NCBI GenBank assembly: GCA_965214605.1
Contig: OZ243961.1
Span: 800,001-864,000 of the forward strand
DNA from: an uncultured Candidatus Binatia bacterium
Lineage (GTDB): Bacteria; Desulfobacterota; Binatia; Bin18
Direction of reading: 5' to 3'
DNA: 64,000 bases
Shown piece after piece: positions 20,737-32,693 of this stretch (position 1 is its first letter; each line of letters begins with the position of its first letter). The translations under genes and the position numbers were made by a program. The notes below the pieces were generated by a model. It saw only the letters and a program-made list of their open reading frames with translations, searched no databases and was not told where the DNA came from.

Positions 20737-21954
20737 ATGGATCGCCGCTACGCATTCGAAGGCATTAAAGTCGCCGACTTCGCCTGGGTCGGCGTTGGCC
20801 CTATTACCGCCAAATACCTGGCCGACCATGGGGCGACAGTCGTCAGGGTCGAGTCCCACGTCCGGCCCGACATTCTGCGCCAGGCCCCGCCCTGGACGGA
20901 CGGGAAACCCGGACTCGACCGCAGCCAATTCTTTGCCAGTTTCAATACCAGCAAGCACGGCATCACTCTCGACCTCGGCAAGGTCAAAGCCCAGGAATTG
21001 GCCAAGAAACTGACCGCCTGGGCCGACGTCGTCCTTGAGAGTTTCACCCCCAAGGCCATGCGCAACTGGGGGCTGGATTATGAGAATCTGCGCAAGATCA
21101 ACCCCGAACTGATCATGCTGTCCACCTGCCAGCAAGGTCAGACCGGCCCTCACGCACTCTACCCGGGCTTTGGCAATCTGATGGCTTCGCTGACCGGCTT
21201 CTACCATATCTCGGGCTGGCCCGACCGTGACCCAGCCCCGCCCTACGGCGCCTACACCGACTTTATAGCCCCCCGTTTTGGCGCGACCGTGCTTATGGCG
21301 GCGCTTGATTATCGGCGTCGGACCGGCAAGGGGCAGTACATCGACATGGCCCAGTACGAGGCTGCCCTCCACTTTTTATCGCCCGGACTACTCGACTACC
21401 AGGTCAACGGCCGAATCCTGAACCGCGAGGGCAACCGCTCGTTTCGTGCCGCCCCGCACGGGGCGTACCGGTGTCAGGGAGAAGACCGCTGGCTGGTCGT
21501 CTCAGTCAGCACGGACGCTCAGTGGCGGGGGTTTCTCGACGTGCTGGGCAACCCCGGCTGGGGCAGTGAGGCGCGCTTTGCCACCCAGACCGAACGCCTG
21601 GCCCACGCCGGGGCGCTTGACGATCTGGTCGGAGGCTGGGCGGCCGAGCAGGAAGCGGAAGTCGCAGCCGACCGCTTACAGCAGGCCGACGTTCCGGCCG
21701 GGGTGGTTCAAAACTGCTTGGACTTACACCAAGACCCGCGGCTGGCCGCATGGAAGATGTTCCAGTATCTCGACCACAAGGAGATGGGGCCTTCTCCGTA
21801 CGAGGGCCATCAGTTCCACCTGTCCAAAACTCCAGGCGAGTTGCGCTGGCCGGCCCCGGTCATGGGACAGCACAACGCCTACGTGTTTGGAGAAATTCTA
21901 GGCCTGAGCGAGTCGGAGATAGCCCAACTGACCGAAGAAAAGGTCATTTACTAA
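20737..21954 (+). CDS. Family III CoA-transferase, catalytic subunit (BbsF-like)
   Basis: VADFAWVGVGP, NTSKHGITLDL; catalytic Asp in YGAYTDFIAP. Confidence 0.9.
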   Translation: MDRRYAFEGIKVADFAWVGVGPITAKYLADHGATVVRVESHVRPDILRQAPPWTDGKPGLDRSQFFASFNTSKHGITLDLGKVKAQELAKKLTAWADVVLESFTPKAMRNWGLDYENLRKINPELIMLSTCQQGQTGPHALYPGFGNLMASLTGFYHISGWPDRDPAPPYGAYTDFIAPRFGATVLMAALDYRRRTGKGQYIDMAQYEAALHFLSPGLLDYQVNGRILNREGNRSFRAAPHGAYRCQGEDRWLVVSVSTDAQWRGFLDVLGNPGWGSEARFATQTERLAHAGALDDLVGGWAAEQEAEVAADRLQQADVPAGVVQNCLDLHQDPRLAAWKMFQYLDHKEMGPSPYEGHQFHLSKTPGELRWPAPVMGQHNAYVFGEILGLSESEIAQLTEEKVIY

Positions 21955-22599
21955 ATGTCACGCCAAGGTCCGCTGACCGTTCATCTTGTCCGTCACGGCG
22001 AAACCGAGTGGAACCGGGACGGGCGTTGTCAGGGCGTCACCGATATTCCGCTCACGGCAAAAGGGCGGCGCCAGACCGAGGCAGTCGCTCGGGCCTTCGC
22101 CAGCAAGCGACCCGGCCTGATTCTCTCAAGCCCTCTCCAGCGCGCTCTTGAAACCGCACGCCGAATCGCCAACGTTCACGGTCTGAGTTGCGAGACCGTC
22201 ACGGTCCTGCGGGAATGGGACCAGGGCGAACTCGAAGGGCTGACCGGTACGCAACTGCTGAGCGATCACACCGAGTTTTTTCACCGCTGGCAACAAGATC
22301 CGGCCCACACTCCACCGCCGGGCGGCGAAACGCTCCTAGCCTTGCAGAGCCGGGCCTGGCCGGTCGTCGATAAATTACGAGAGCACACGTCTGAGGGCTC
22401 GGTGGTGGTGGTAAGTCATACCATGACTATCGCCACGATTCTGTGCGCGGCACTCGGTCTTGATCTGGGCCATATCCACCATCTGAGAATCGATCTGGCG
22501 TCGCGGAGTACCATTGTGTTCAGCCAGTTTGGTTTGTTTTCTCTGTGGCGCTTGGTATCGTTGAACGATCGGCATCATTTGGAAGATCGGCTGCGTTAA
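21955..22599 (+). CDS. Histidine phosphatase (phosphoglycerate mutase/CobC-like)
   Basis: LVRHGET, SSPLQRA, PPGGE and VVSH motifs. Confidence 0.9.
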   Translation: MSRQGPLTVHLVRHGETEWNRDGRCQGVTDIPLTAKGRRQTEAVARAFASKRPGLILSSPLQRALETARRIANVHGLSCETVTVLREWDQGELEGLTGTQLLSDHTEFFHRWQQDPAHTPPPGGETLLALQSRAWPVVDKLREHTSEGSVVVVSHTMTIATILCAALGLDLGHIHHLRIDLASRSTIVFSQFGLFSLWRLVSLNDRHHLEDRLR

Positions 22600-23130
22600 A
22601 AGTCCGGCCCGCCTCAGAACTGCCCCACCATTTGTCCCGCCTCCTCCACTCTACAAGCTTGTCCCGCTCCTGAAGACCCGATGCCCCGCCCAGCACCAAT
22701 CGCTCAGGGGAACTGTCTCCGAATGTCTGAGTGGCCGGTATCGGTCCGGACGTCAGCCGCGCCTCCACCCCGAGGGAGCCCTAGGTGAGCTGTCATGGCC
22801 TCGGCCAAGCCGGCTGACTTGATGGACGCGTCCGACCGTGACCCCTTGGATGAAGAGTTTCGTGAAGATGGCAGCGAGAAACCTGCTCCTGACCGCTGGC
22901 CGCCGGTGATGCCGCTTTGAACGCCGCGGAGAGCGTCTCTTTGCCTAGCCGCCGAGAACTTCCTCAGGCTCCGACCAACCCGCACGGCTTTGCGCCCGGC
23001 CTCAAGCAATGCTGTAGAGAGATTGTGCCTCTCCCGGTACTTCTAGCAGGGCGATTGTCCTGCACCGTAGGAGCACGTAGTATGTGGGGTAGTGCAGCCG
23101 AAGCGATGAGGAAACACGTTGACGAGCAGG
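22600..23130. other. About 0.5-kb GC-rich region without a recognisable gene
   Basis: Only unrecognisable ORFs (<=101 aa), including a 41-codon ORF at 22795-22920. Confidence 0.5.
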
Positions 23131-23142
23131 AAAGAGGCGGCT

Positions 23143-24783
23143 ATGGCGACTTCTTCACACAAGACACGGGCAGCCAGCACAGGGCCGGCCGAACAGTTTG
23201 ACGTTATCATCATTGGTGCCGGTATTGCCGGGCTCTATCAGTTGTATCGGACGCGGGAGCTAGGACTGTCAGTCCGGGTCTATGAGAGCGGCACCGGAGT
23301 GGGCGGAACCTGGTATTGGAACCGCTATCCCGGTGCCCGCTTCGATTCCGAGAGTTACAGTTATGGGTACTCGTTCTCCAAAGAACTCTTGCAAGAGTGG
23401 GACTGGAGCGAGCACTTTGCCGCTCAGCCGGAGACCGAGCGGTACCTCAACTACGTCACAGATAAATTCGAGCTGCGCCGCAACATCCAGTTCAGCACCC
23501 GTGTCACCGCGGCAAGATATGATGAGGCCAAGCACTGCTGGCAGATCCAGACCAACGATGGACGCTGGGCGCAGGCGCGATTTCTCATCACCGCAATCGG
23601 GGTCTTATCTGCACCGTACATCCCTGATTTCGCGGGGCGGGACAGCTTTCAGGGCGAGAGCTTCCACACGGCTCAGTGGCCAAAAGAAGGCCGGGACTTT
23701 AGCGGCAAGCGGGTCGGTGTCATCGGCACGGGTGCGACTGCGGTCCAACTCATCACCGAGGTAGCTAAACAGGCCGGCCAGCTGACCGTCTTCCAGCGAA
23801 CGGCGAATTACTGCGCGCCATTGAGAAACGGGCCGATAGACTCCGGGACGCAGCAACAAATCAGAAAAAATTATCCTGAAATTTTCCAAAAATGTCGAGA
23901 ATCCTTTGGTGGTTTTATCCACGACTTTGACCCGCGGTCCGCCCTTGATCTCTCGGAAGAAGAGCGGCTGGCGAGGTATGAGGAGCTCTGGGCACAACCC
24001 GGTTTTGGGAAATGGTTGGGGAACTTCGCCGATATCATGACCAACCTCGAGGCGAACGCCACGTTTACCGAGTTTGTCCGCACCAAGATCCGGGAGCGCG
24101 TCAGAGACCCAGCGGTTGCCGAAAAGCTCGTGCCAAATGACCACCCGTTTGGCACCAAACGCGTCCCCTTGGAGAGCGGCTACTACGAGGTCTATAACCA
24201 GGACACGGTCTTGCTAGTTGATCTGAACGAGACTCCAATTGAGCGGATTACGCCCAAGGGGATCAAGACTCGCGATACCGAGCATGTCTTCGACACGATT
24301 ATTTATGCGACAGGCTTCGATGCCGTCACCGGGGCGTTCAACAGAATTGATATTTGCGGTCTCAACGGACAAACGCTCAAGGACAAGTGGGTCAAAGGGC
24401 CGCGGACCTATCTGGGCCTCCAGAGCGCTGGTTTTCCCAATCTGTTCACCCTCGTTGGGCCCCACAATGGCGCCACCTTTTGCAATATTCCACGCTGTAT
24501 TGAGCAGAATGTCGAGTGGGTGACCGATTGCCTCCGTTACATGGGCAAAAACAACTATACCCGTATCGCAGCCACATCTGAGGCGGAAGACGAGTGGACA
24601 GCCCACGTCAACGAGGTGGCGGCTGACACCCTTCTGGTCCATACTGATTCCTGGTTTGTGGGCGCTAATATTCCCGGCAAGAAGCGGACCTTTCTGATGT
24701 ACGCCGGCGGATCGCCGGCGTACCGGGAAAAGTGTGCGGACGTTGCGGCCAAGGGCTACGCAGGGTTTACGCTGAGTCGCTAG
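23143..24783 (+). CDS. Type I Baeyer-Villiger monooxygenase (cyclohexanone/phenylacetone monooxygenase family)
   Basis: Two GxGxxG/A Rossmann motifs, [15 protein letters not shown] and the BVMO fingerprint [12 protein letters not shown]. Confidence 0.93.
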   Translation: MATSSHKTRAASTGPAEQFDVIIIGAGIAGLYQLYRTRELGLSVRVYESGTGVGGTWYWNRYPGARFDSESYSYGYSFSKELLQEWDWSEHFAAQPETERYLNYVTDKFELRRNIQFSTRVTAARYDEAKHCWQIQTNDGRWAQARFLITAIGVLSAPYIPDFAGRDSFQGESFHTAQWPKEGRDFSGKRVGVIGTGATAVQLITEVAKQAGQLTVFQRTANYCAPLRNGPIDSGTQQQIRKNYPEIFQKCRESFGGFIHDFDPRSALDLSEEERLARYEELWAQPGFGKWLGNFADIMTNLEANATFTEFVRTKIRERVRDPAVAEKLVPNDHPFGTKRVPLESGYYEVYNQDTVLLVDLNETPIERITPKGIKTRDTEHVFDTIIYATGFDAVTGAFNRIDICGLNGQTLKDKWVKGPRTYLGLQSAGFPNLFTLVGPHNGATFCNIPRCIEQNVEWVTDCLRYMGKNNYTRIAATSEAEDEWTAHVNEVAADTLLVHTDSWFVGANIPGKKRTFLMYAGGSPAYREKCADVAAKGYAGFTLSR

Positions 24784-24833
24784 ACTCGTCCGGAGCCGAC
24801 GCGCTCCTCTACTCAGGCATAAGGAGTGACGGG

Positions 24834-26234
24834 ATGATCAAGAGAGGCGGGGCAATACGTGACCTCTTGGCTAAGCCGGCCGGAACAGTAGTTGAGGCAC
24901 GCGGGTGGGTGAGAACCCACCGCAGCAGCAAGCGTGTCCACTTTCTCCAACTGAACGACGGCTCGTGTTTTGAGACGCTCCAGGTTGTGGCCGAGGCGGA
25001 CCGGATTGCTGAGGACACGCTTAGCCGCGCAACAACCGGCTCCTGTGTCCGGGTGACCGGTGACCTCGTGATCTCTCCCGGCACAGGCCAGACCCTTGAG
25101 CTGCAAGCCCATGACATCCAGGTCTATGGCTCTGCCGACGCGACTAGCTATCCGCTCCAGAAAAAGGGCCACAGCATGGAGTTTTTGCGTGAGATCGCCC
25201 ATCTGCGACCGCGCAGCAATACCTTCGGCGCCGTCTTTCGGGTCCGTAACGCACTCTCGTTTGCCATTCATCGCTTTTTTCAGGAGCGGGGCTTTTTATA
25301 TATTCACACTCCGGTCATCACCGGCTCAGACGCCGAGGGGGCGGGCGAAATGTTTGGGGTGACCACACTTGATCTGCTCAATCTGCCCCGCACCCCATCC
25401 GGAGAGATCGATTACAGCCAAGACTTTTTTGGCCAGCCAGTATTTCTGACGGTCAGCGGCCAGCTTGAGGCAGAGATCTTTGCCCTGGCCTTCTCAAATG
25501 TTTACACCTTCGGGCCCACGTTTCGGGCCGAGCATTCAAACACTCCCCGCCACCTGGCCGAGTTCTGGATGGTCGAGCCGGAAATTGCGTTTTGTGATCT
25601 TGACGACAGCTGCCGGATCGCTGAAGACTTTCTGAAATATGTCATCAGCGCCGTGCTCGACAGCTGTCCCTCTGACCTGGACTTCTTCAACCAACGGATT
25701 GACTCCACCGTGCTAGAGACCCTCGAGCATGTCGTCAGCAGTCCATTCGAGCGGGTAGCCTACGGTGAAGCAATCCGTCTGCTGGAACGCGCGGCCGAGC
25801 AGGGGCAGCGCTGGGAGTTTCCCGTATCGTGGGGGGTGGCTCTGCAGGCTGAGCACGAGCGCTATCTGACCGAACAGGTGTTTGGCAGGCCGATTATCGT
25901 GATCGATTATCCACGGCAAATCAAAGCCTTTTACATGCGGAGGAATGACGACGGTCACACCGTTCGAGCCATGGACGTCCTCGTCCCACGGATCGGAGAA
26001 ATCATTGGCGGCAGTCAGCGGGAGGAGCGCCACGAGGTGCTGCTCGACACCATCCGTGAGAGCGGACTCCAGGAAGACCGTTACTGGTGGTATCTGGAAC
26101 TACGCAAATACGGAACCGCCCCGCACGCAGGTTTTGGCCTCGGCTTAGAGCGTATGATGATGTACCTGACGGGCATGAAAAACATCCGCGATGTGATTCC
26201 TTTTCCCCGAGCCCCGGGTTCGGCGGCGTTCTGA
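24834..26234 (+). CDS. asnS: Asparagine--tRNA ligase
   Basis: [47 protein letters not shown] and GFGLGLER motifs; AAGGAG RBS. Confidence 0.96.
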   Translation: MIKRGGAIRDLLAKPAGTVVEARGWVRTHRSSKRVHFLQLNDGSCFETLQVVAEADRIAEDTLSRATTGSCVRVTGDLVISPGTGQTLELQAHDIQVYGSADATSYPLQKKGHSMEFLREIAHLRPRSNTFGAVFRVRNALSFAIHRFFQERGFLYIHTPVITGSDAEGAGEMFGVTTLDLLNLPRTPSGEIDYSQDFFGQPVFLTVSGQLEAEIFALAFSNVYTFGPTFRAEHSNTPRHLAEFWMVEPEIAFCDLDDSCRIAEDFLKYVISAVLDSCPSDLDFFNQRIDSTVLETLEHVVSSPFERVAYGEAIRLLERAAEQGQRWEFPVSWGVALQAEHERYLTEQVFGRPIIVIDYPRQIKAFYMRRNDDGHTVRAMDVLVPRIGEIIGGSQREERHEVLLDTIRESGLQEDRYWWYLELRKYGTAPHAGFGLGLERMMMYLTGMKNIRDVIPFPRAPGSAAF

Positions 26235-26287
26235 GAGGTTCCTCAATCCTGAGGCACAGTGTGGGGAGGCGCTCCTCCTCGTCTAGC

Positions 26288-27283
26288 ATGCGGCTACAAA
26301 CGATAACAGCTGTGGCTATTGTCTCGCTCCTCTCATTGGGATGGGCGACTGCGCTTCAGGCCGCCCCCTTCGCTTATATTCCAAACCGGACGACAGGGAC
26401 GGTGTCGATCGTTGACCTTGCCACCAATAGCGTCGCGGCAAGCCCGGTCCCGGTCGGGAAAGGTCCGACCGGGGTGGCGGTCAGCCCGGACGGCAGTCGG
26501 ATATACGTGACCAATCAGTTCGACGGCACGCTGTCAATCATTGATGCCGCTACCCGCACGACGCTCGGCGCGGCGGTCCGGGTCGGTGACCAGCCGTTTG
26601 GGGTGAGCGTCCATCCGAGCGGCCGCTTTGTCTATGTCGCCAATACTGCCTCAGCCAGCGTGTCGATCGTCGATACGGCCGCCCAGCCCCCGGTCAGTAC
26701 CCAGCTACGGGTCGGCAGAGCTCCAATCGGTCTGGTCACCCATCCCAGCGGCAACTGCGTCTATGTGACCAATAGTGGCGATGACACGCTGTCGGTCATC
26801 GATACCATCAGCCGTACCGTGCGGCCCGAGATCATTGCGGTCGGACGCGGTCCTTTTGGTATCGCTATCCACCCGGACGGCTCCCGGCTGTATGTAGCCA
26901 ACCGGATCGACAACACCGTGTCGGTCATTGCCACCGCAACCCACAGCCTTGTCGGCAACCCTATTCCGGTCCAGAATCGGCCGTTTGGGGTGAGTGTCCA
27001 TCCGAGCGGCGTCTATGTTTACGTCACTAACAATACCAGCCGGTCTGTTTCGGTTATTGACAGTACCAAACATGCGGAATCCGGTCCTCCGATCCCAATC
27101 GTTGAAGCTCCGGCTGGCATCAGCGTCCATCCAGACGGCTCGCAGGTCTATGTCACCCAGGCCCGCAATGCAATCGCTGTCATTGAGGTCAAAACCCACC
27201 GCGTGCGAGAGACGATGATCCCGGTCGCCGGCATGCCAATCGCGCTCGGACAGTTCATCGGGCCGAACGTGTCATCTCGCTAA
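26288..27283 (+). CDS. Exported YVTN/YncE-type beta-propeller repeat protein
   Basis: Signal peptide ending ALQA; seven ~43-aa repeats (P.GV.VHPxG..VYVTN..D.T.SVID). Confidence 0.9.
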   Translation: MRLQTITAVAIVSLLSLGWATALQAAPFAYIPNRTTGTVSIVDLATNSVAASPVPVGKGPTGVAVSPDGSRIYVTNQFDGTLSIIDAATRTTLGAAVRVGDQPFGVSVHPSGRFVYVANTASASVSIVDTAAQPPVSTQLRVGRAPIGLVTHPSGNCVYVTNSGDDTLSVIDTISRTVRPEIIAVGRGPFGIAIHPDGSRLYVANRIDNTVSVIATATHSLVGNPIPVQNRPFGVSVHPSGVYVYVTNNTSRSVSVIDSTKHAESGPPIPIVEAPAGISVHPDGSQVYVTQARNAIAVIEVKTHRVRETMIPVAGMPIALGQFIGPNVSSR

Positions 27284-27404
27284 AATGGCGGGGGGATCGT
27301 TCTTCTGACCAAGCATAAGTTGGCAGCCCGGACCATAAGCGCCTTCCCTCCCCCCGCATCTTTCTGGTAAGCTACGGGCCAGATCTGCAACGGGAGGCGT
27401 CAAC

Positions 27405-28334
27405 ATGGGCGGTACAAAAATTGGCATTGGCTTTGGGCTCTGGGAACTCGGCATGCCAGACCCGGATACAGTCTTCAACTACGCGGTCAGCGCCGAAGAG
27501 GTTGGCATTGATTCGATCTGGCTATCCGATCATGTGGTATCGCGAAACCCCTCGCTTGATACCAGCTGTGTGATGGCGGCCTGGTCGGCCAGAACCAAGA
27601 AGATAAAAATGGGCCCGAGCGTCCTCACCCTCCCCGCCCGTGATCCTGTCCAGGTGGCCAAAACCTATGCCACCCTGGACTATCTCTCGGGCGGCAAGAA
27701 CCGGGTCATCATGGCGGTTGGGATCGGCGCTAACCCCAAGGATTGTCTGGCCAGCGGTATTGATCCGTCCGAACGCGCAAGACGTATGGAAGAAGGCGTG
27801 CAGATCATGCGCAAGCTGTGGGCAGAGCCGCACGTCAGTTTTGAGGGACAGTATTATCAGTTCGAAGATGTCACCATCGAACCCCGCCCCCAAAAAGGCG
27901 CGCTCGATGTGTGGATTGGCGGCAAGACCGATCAGGCCTTGAAACGCACCGCCCGCTACGGTGACGGCTGGTTTCCCTCATTCATCAGCCCGGACGAATT
28001 CCGTACCAGTATGGATAAGCTGCAAGCTTACGGCGACCGGTACGGACGTGAGATTGACCCTCGTGAGGCGGGGGTGCTGATTCTGACCTGCACCGATACA
28101 AACCGCAAACGTGCCCAGGATATTGCCGGTCGGTTTCTCCAGGGCTTCCCCCTGCCCCAGGAAGCTCTGGTCGCCCGGTGCGCGATTGGTACGCCGGAAG
28201 AATGTATTGACAAGGTACAGTCTTACGTCGATGTCGGCTGCTCTAAGTTTGTCCTGTGGCCGATCGTGCCGCCAGACGAACTCATTCCCCAGATCGAGCT
28301 ATACGGGAGAGCGGTTATTCCACACTTTGAGTAG
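27405..28334 (+). CDS. LLM-class flavin-dependent oxidoreductase
   Basis: GIDSIWLSDH, VAKTYATLDYLSGG, WIGG and RTARYGDGW motifs. Confidence 0.9.
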   Translation: MGGTKIGIGFGLWELGMPDPDTVFNYAVSAEEVGIDSIWLSDHVVSRNPSLDTSCVMAAWSARTKKIKMGPSVLTLPARDPVQVAKTYATLDYLSGGKNRVIMAVGIGANPKDCLASGIDPSERARRMEEGVQIMRKLWAEPHVSFEGQYYQFEDVTIEPRPQKGALDVWIGGKTDQALKRTARYGDGWFPSFISPDEFRTSMDKLQAYGDRYGREIDPREAGVLILTCTDTNRKRAQDIAGRFLQGFPLPQEALVARCAIGTPEECIDKVQSYVDVGCSKFVLWPIVPPDELIPQIELYGRAVIPHFE

Positions 28335-28430
28335 CGTGTACGGATACCCTAGACGGTGTTCGGACGTGTCGGGCAGGCTGCGGCTTTGGTTTGCTTCTGA
28401 TCTGTCCTTATTCAGAAAGACATCCCCATC

Positions 28431-30035
28431 ATGGACCGCATTGAAAGTAAAATTCGAACAAGCAGTCCTGAGTTTCAGGCCAATCTGGAACATATGGCCA
28501 GCTTGGCGGCGGAACTCAAAGAGCGGCTCGGTCAAGCCAGGCATGGCGGCTCAGAAGCGTCCCGCCAGCGCCACAAAGCACGCGGGAAACTCTTGGCTCG
28601 CGAGCGTATTGAGGCGCTGGTTGATCCGGACAGCCCCCTGCTCGAACTCTCACCGCTGGCCGCATACGGGATGTACGACGATCCGCCGTCGGCCGGGATT
28701 GCCACCGCAATTGGTCTGATCCAGGGCCGAGAAGCCATGATTGTCTCAAACGACGCCACGGTGAAAGGCGGCACGTATTATCCGATAAGCGTGAAAAAAC
28801 ATCTGCGGGCGCAAGAAATTGCGCAAGAAAACCGTCTGCCGTGCGTCTACCTAGTCGACTCTGGCGGAGCGAATCTGCCCTTTCAGGCCGATATTTTCCC
28901 CGACCGTGATCACTTTGGGCGCATCTTTTACAATGAAGCCCGTATGTCGGCCCAAGGCATCCCACAAATTGCCGTTGTGATGGGTTCGTGCACGGCCGGC
29001 GGGGCGTATGTGCCAGCCATGGCCGATGAAAATATCATTGTCAAAAACCGGGGAACCATCTTTCTGGGCGGGCCACCGTTGGTCAAGGCGGCGACCGGCG
29101 AAGAAGTGTCGGCCGAGGAACTGGGTGGCGGCGACGTCCATACCCGTATCTCGGGGGTGTCTGATCATCTCGCCGAGGACGATGAGGATGCTTTGGCCAT
29201 AACCCGCTCAATTTTTGAGAATTTCCCTCGCCCCCAAAAGTTTTCGCTCGACCGCGAAGCCCCCGAAGACCCGGCCTATGATCCGGCCGAACTGTACGGA
29301 GTCATTCCCCACGACACTCGAGTTCCGTACGATGTGCACGAGGTTATTGCCCGTCTGGTTGACGGCAGCCGCCTGCACGAATTTAAGCCCCGCTACAGCC
29401 AAACCATCGTGACCGGCTTCGCCCGTATTCATGGCTATCTGGTTGGCATTGTAGCGAATAATGGGGTGCTGTTCTCAGAGTCCGCGCTCAAGGCCACCCA
29501 TTTCATCGAGATGTGCAGCCAGCGCAAGGTGCCGCTGCTCTTCCTGCAAAACATTACCGGCTTCATGGTCGGTAAAAAATATGAACAGGGCGGGATTGCC
29601 AAAGACGGGGCCAAGATGGTGCACGCGGTTGCCAACGCCCAGGTCCCAAAGTTTACCGTGATCATCGGCGCATCAAACGGAGCGGGGAACTACGGCATGT
29701 GTGGCCGCGCCTATTCACCTCGTCTGCTCTTTATGTGGCCCAACTCGCGTATCTCGGTGATGGGCGGCGAGCAAGCGGCAGGCGTGCTGCTGACGGTCAA
29801 GCTGCAACAGCTGGCGGCAAAAGGCGAGACGATGACCTCACAAGAACAGCAGGCCTTTAGTGCTCCGACCCTGGCCAAATACGACCAAGAGGGCAGTCCC
29901 TACTATTCGACCGCCCGCTTATGGGACGATGGCATTCTGGATCCGCAAGACACCCGTACTGTGCTCGGACTGAGTATTGCCATGTCGCTGAACGCCCCCA
30001 TTCCCGACCATCAGGTTGGCGTGTTTCGGATGTAA
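28431..30035 (+). CDS. Methylcrotonyl-CoA carboxylase-type carboxyltransferase (beta) subunit
   Basis: [45 protein letters not shown] and STARLWDDG motifs (LiuB/MccB-like). Confidence 0.92.
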   Translation: MDRIESKIRTSSPEFQANLEHMASLAAELKERLGQARHGGSEASRQRHKARGKLLARERIEALVDPDSPLLELSPLAAYGMYDDPPSAGIATAIGLIQGREAMIVSNDATVKGGTYYPISVKKHLRAQEIAQENRLPCVYLVDSGGANLPFQADIFPDRDHFGRIFYNEARMSAQGIPQIAVVMGSCTAGGAYVPAMADENIIVKNRGTIFLGGPPLVKAATGEEVSAEELGGGDVHTRISGVSDHLAEDDEDALAITRSIFENFPRPQKFSLDREAPEDPAYDPAELYGVIPHDTRVPYDVHEVIARLVDGSRLHEFKPRYSQTIVTGFARIHGYLVGIVANNGVLFSESALKATHFIEMCSQRKVPLLFLQNITGFMVGKKYEQGGIAKDGAKMVHAVANAQVPKFTVIIGASNGAGNYGMCGRAYSPRLLFMWPNSRISVMGGEQAAGVLLTVKLQQLAAKGETMTSQEQQAFSAPTLAKYDQEGSPYYSTARLWDDGILDPQDTRTVLGLSIAMSLNAPIPDHQVGVFRM

Positions 30036-30074
30036 GACCCTAAGAAATTATACGAGAAGGAGTAGAATGGCTCG

Positions 30075-30713
30075 ATGAGTAATCCGCGTGTGACCTCACT
30101 CAAAGATCCCCCCCCGCCAAAAGCCGCGGTCGAGCACAAGCTTCACCGCTCCTCCGCCCGTCTCGAAGATATCGTTCGACACATTCTCGAATATATGGGC
30201 GAAGATCCTGATCGGGAAGGGCTGGCCAAAACACCCTACCGGGTTGCCCGCTCTTTTGAATACCTGGCCAAGGGCTACGCCCAAGACCCCAGAGCGGTCA
30301 TTGGTCAGGCGATCTTCACCGAAGAAGATTACCAAGAAATGGTCCTAGTCAGGGACATTGATTTCTACTCGCTTTGCGAGCACCATATCCTGCCCTTTTT
30401 CGGTCGCGCTAACGTGGCCTATATTCCGAAACACCATATAGTCGGGCTCAGTAAAATCCCGCGTCTGGTTGAGGTCTTCTCCCGTCGCTTGCAGGTTCAG
30501 GAGCGCTTGACGACCCAGATCGCCAACACGATTATGGAAGAGCTCGACCCCTTAGGGGTAGGCGTGATTATCCGCGCCGAACATCTCTGTATGCGGATGC
30601 GCGGAGTCGAGAAACAAAACTCCATTGTCACCACCAGCGCCATGCTGGGATCCTTCCGCAGTCAGCAGGCGACCCGCGAAGAGTTCATCACTCTGGTTAA
30701 TGGTCAACGCTGA
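30075..30713 (+). CDS. folE: GTP cyclohydrolase I
   Basis: [38 protein letters not shown] and HLCMRMRGV motifs. Confidence 0.96.
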   Translation: MSNPRVTSLKDPPPPKAAVEHKLHRSSARLEDIVRHILEYMGEDPDREGLAKTPYRVARSFEYLAKGYAQDPRAVIGQAIFTEEDYQEMVLVRDIDFYSLCEHHILPFFGRANVAYIPKHHIVGLSKIPRLVEVFSRRLQVQERLTTQIANTIMEELDPLGVGVIIRAEHLCMRMRGVEKQNSIVTTSAMLGSFRSQQATREEFITLVNGQR

Positions 30714-32647
30714 GGTAAATAGTCTGCGGCAAACACCCCGGTCGTTTGCTGTAGGCGTAGCAGGGCGATCTGATAGGCATAGGTCTGGTCAGTGAGCTGG
30801 GTTCGCACCTGATTCAGGGCGTTGAGGGCGGTATTGAGGTCAAGGCTAGTTGCCAGGCCAACGCGGTATTGTTTTGACGTAATGGTGTAGTTTTCCTGAG
30901 CCAGATTGACCTCTTTTTCCAGCGTGTTGAGCGTCGAGCCGAGCGTTTCAACGGTCAGCAGGGCGTCTCTGACCTCGACCTGAATTTCCTTGCGAAACTG
31001 CTCGACGCGCAACCGGACCTGGGAGAGGTTTTCATTTTCTTCTATCAAATCCAACTCCCGCACCCCACCATCAAACAGAGGGATCTCAAAGTTCAGAAAC
31101 AGAGTCCAGAATTTGTCCCGCTCAGCAAAGGTTTCGGCGTCGAGCCGGGGGAACTCCCAGCGTGCGTTCACCCGTGGAGCATAGCGGGCAATAACCAAAT
31201 TTTTTCGCTGCTGGGCAACCTCCACCATGAGTTCCTGGGCACGCAAATCCTGGCGCTGACTATACGCCTGTTCTAACAGCTGGTCGTACGGCACCGGACT
31301 ATAGGCAACGGGCTCAGGCTGCAGCACACCGAGCGGTTCAGGCACGCCGATCGTTCTGGCCAGAGTCGTGAAGGCTAGCCGCAAACGGTTTTGGTCCGTC
31401 ACCAACTGCCGCCGCGCTTGCTCGACTGCAACCTCGGCACGCAACACATCGGTCTTGGTGACCTCACCAACCCGGAACCGGACCTGGGCTTGACGAAGTT
31501 CGTCTTGGCTCAGGCCTAAGGTATCTCTGGCGATAAGCACCTGGGCCTGTGAACGCAGCACGCCGTAATAAGCGCGGGCAACGCCGAACAACACCTCCCG
31601 GATGGTGAACTCATAGCGTTCGACACTCTCTCGGATGGCTGTTTTTCCCAACTGACGCGTGGCAAAAAAAGCAGGCTCCAGTATGGGCTGCGTGATCCGA
31701 AAAATCCCCGTCCAGCGATCAAGCGGACGAATAACAGAACCGGTCGAAAAGAGACTTTCGGATCCGGGCGGAAGCCCGCTGTCACTGACAAACGATATCT
31801 CGTCTTTATTGCGGGTATAGGTCCCCTGAATATCACTTCGCGGGGTGAGCTTGGTGATGGCCCGCCACGGCAACAGGCGAGCTTTGCCCAGTTCGTGACT
31901 GGCAATCTTGATCCGCTCCTCATTCTTTATGGCTAAACGATACGCTTCGGCCAGGGGAATACTCGGGCCTTGGCCAAGGTCGGGAGCTGGGTCTGTGACG
32001 GGGGGCGACGGGGGGGCCTGAGGGGAAGGCGTCACGGTCAGCGGATCAGCGGGCGGTCCGGACGATATTGTCACGCCGGGTCGCGGCTCAGATGAACTGA
32101 CGAGGTGGAATGGCTGGACCGTTTGACGCGGTTGAGTTGGCACCCCCAGGGGTGGATCGGCATCAATGATCGAAACCTCGGCAATAGCCGCCAGCTGGGT
32201 GAGCTGTGGAGCGGCTTCGGTTCTTTGAGTCCGCACGATGACCCGATGCGGGTTGGAGAGGAGCTGGACCTGGCAGACGCGCTCGTCGGTCAGGTCTAGC
32301 ACGACCCGTGCCGTGTCTGGACGGAACTGGGCGGTCCGGACGCGTTGGACCGGCCCATGCCGGACGTCGAGACTGGACACAATCTGGTTGCCGAGCTTGG
32401 CTGGAGCAATATCCACATAACAGCGGTGCGGCCGCTTATGGCTCGGGTCGGCCTTCAGAGTCGCGTACCGGAATGCCACCGGGGCAGACAGCGCAATAGA
32501 GACCTGTCCGGACGTGGCCGACACAGTCTGAACGATCGCTCTCTCGGCGGCCCGAAGCCCCGATTGTCCGCCCACAGAAAGCGAACAGACTACCAGCAAG
32601 AGGAGACGGGACAAAGCATGCATCGGACGCGCACTCTGGTCTGGCAT
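30704..32647 (-). CDS. TolC-family outer-membrane channel with N-terminal AMIN domain and Pro-rich linker
   Basis: Signal peptide; AMIN-like RCYVDI...[20 protein letters not shown]...NPHRVIV; Pro-rich linker; two OEP repeats (VARAYYGVL...[13 protein letters not shown]; IPLFDGG...[12 protein letters not shown]). Confidence 0.85.
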   Translation of the reverse strand: MPDQSARPMHALSRLLLLVVCSLSVGGQSGLRAAERAIVQTVSATSGQVSIALSAPVAFRYATLKADPSHKRPHRCYVDIAPAKLGNQIVSSLDVRHGPVQRVRTAQFRPDTARVVLDLTDERVCQVQLLSNPHRVIVRTQRTEAAPQLTQLAAIAEVSIIDADPPLGVPTQPRQTVQPFHLVSSSEPRPGVTISSGPPADPLTVTPSPQAPPSPPVTDPAPDLGQGPSIPLAEAYRLAIKNEERIKIASHELGKARLLPWRAITKLTPRSDIQGTYTRNKDEISFVSDSGLPPGSESLFSTGSVIRPLDRWTGIFRITQPILEPAFFATRQLGKTAIRESVERYEFTIREVLFGVARAYYGVLRSQAQVLIARDTLGLSQDELRQAQVRFRVGEVTKTDVLRAEVAVEQARRQLVTDQNRLRLAFTTLARTIGVPEPLGVLQPEPVAYSPVPYDQLLEQAYSQRQDLRAQELMVEVAQQRKNLVIARYAPRVNARWEFPRLDAETFAERDKFWTLFLNFEIPLFDGGVRELDLIEENENLSQVRLRVEQFRKEIQVEVRDALLTVETLGSTLNTLEKEVNLAQENYTITSKQYRVGLATSLDLNTALNALNQVRTQLTDQTYAYQIALLRLQQTTGVFAADYLPQR

Positions 32648-32693
32648 GACGACAGGTCCTCTCCCTAAGCTAACGGAGGGGGAGAGAAGGGCG

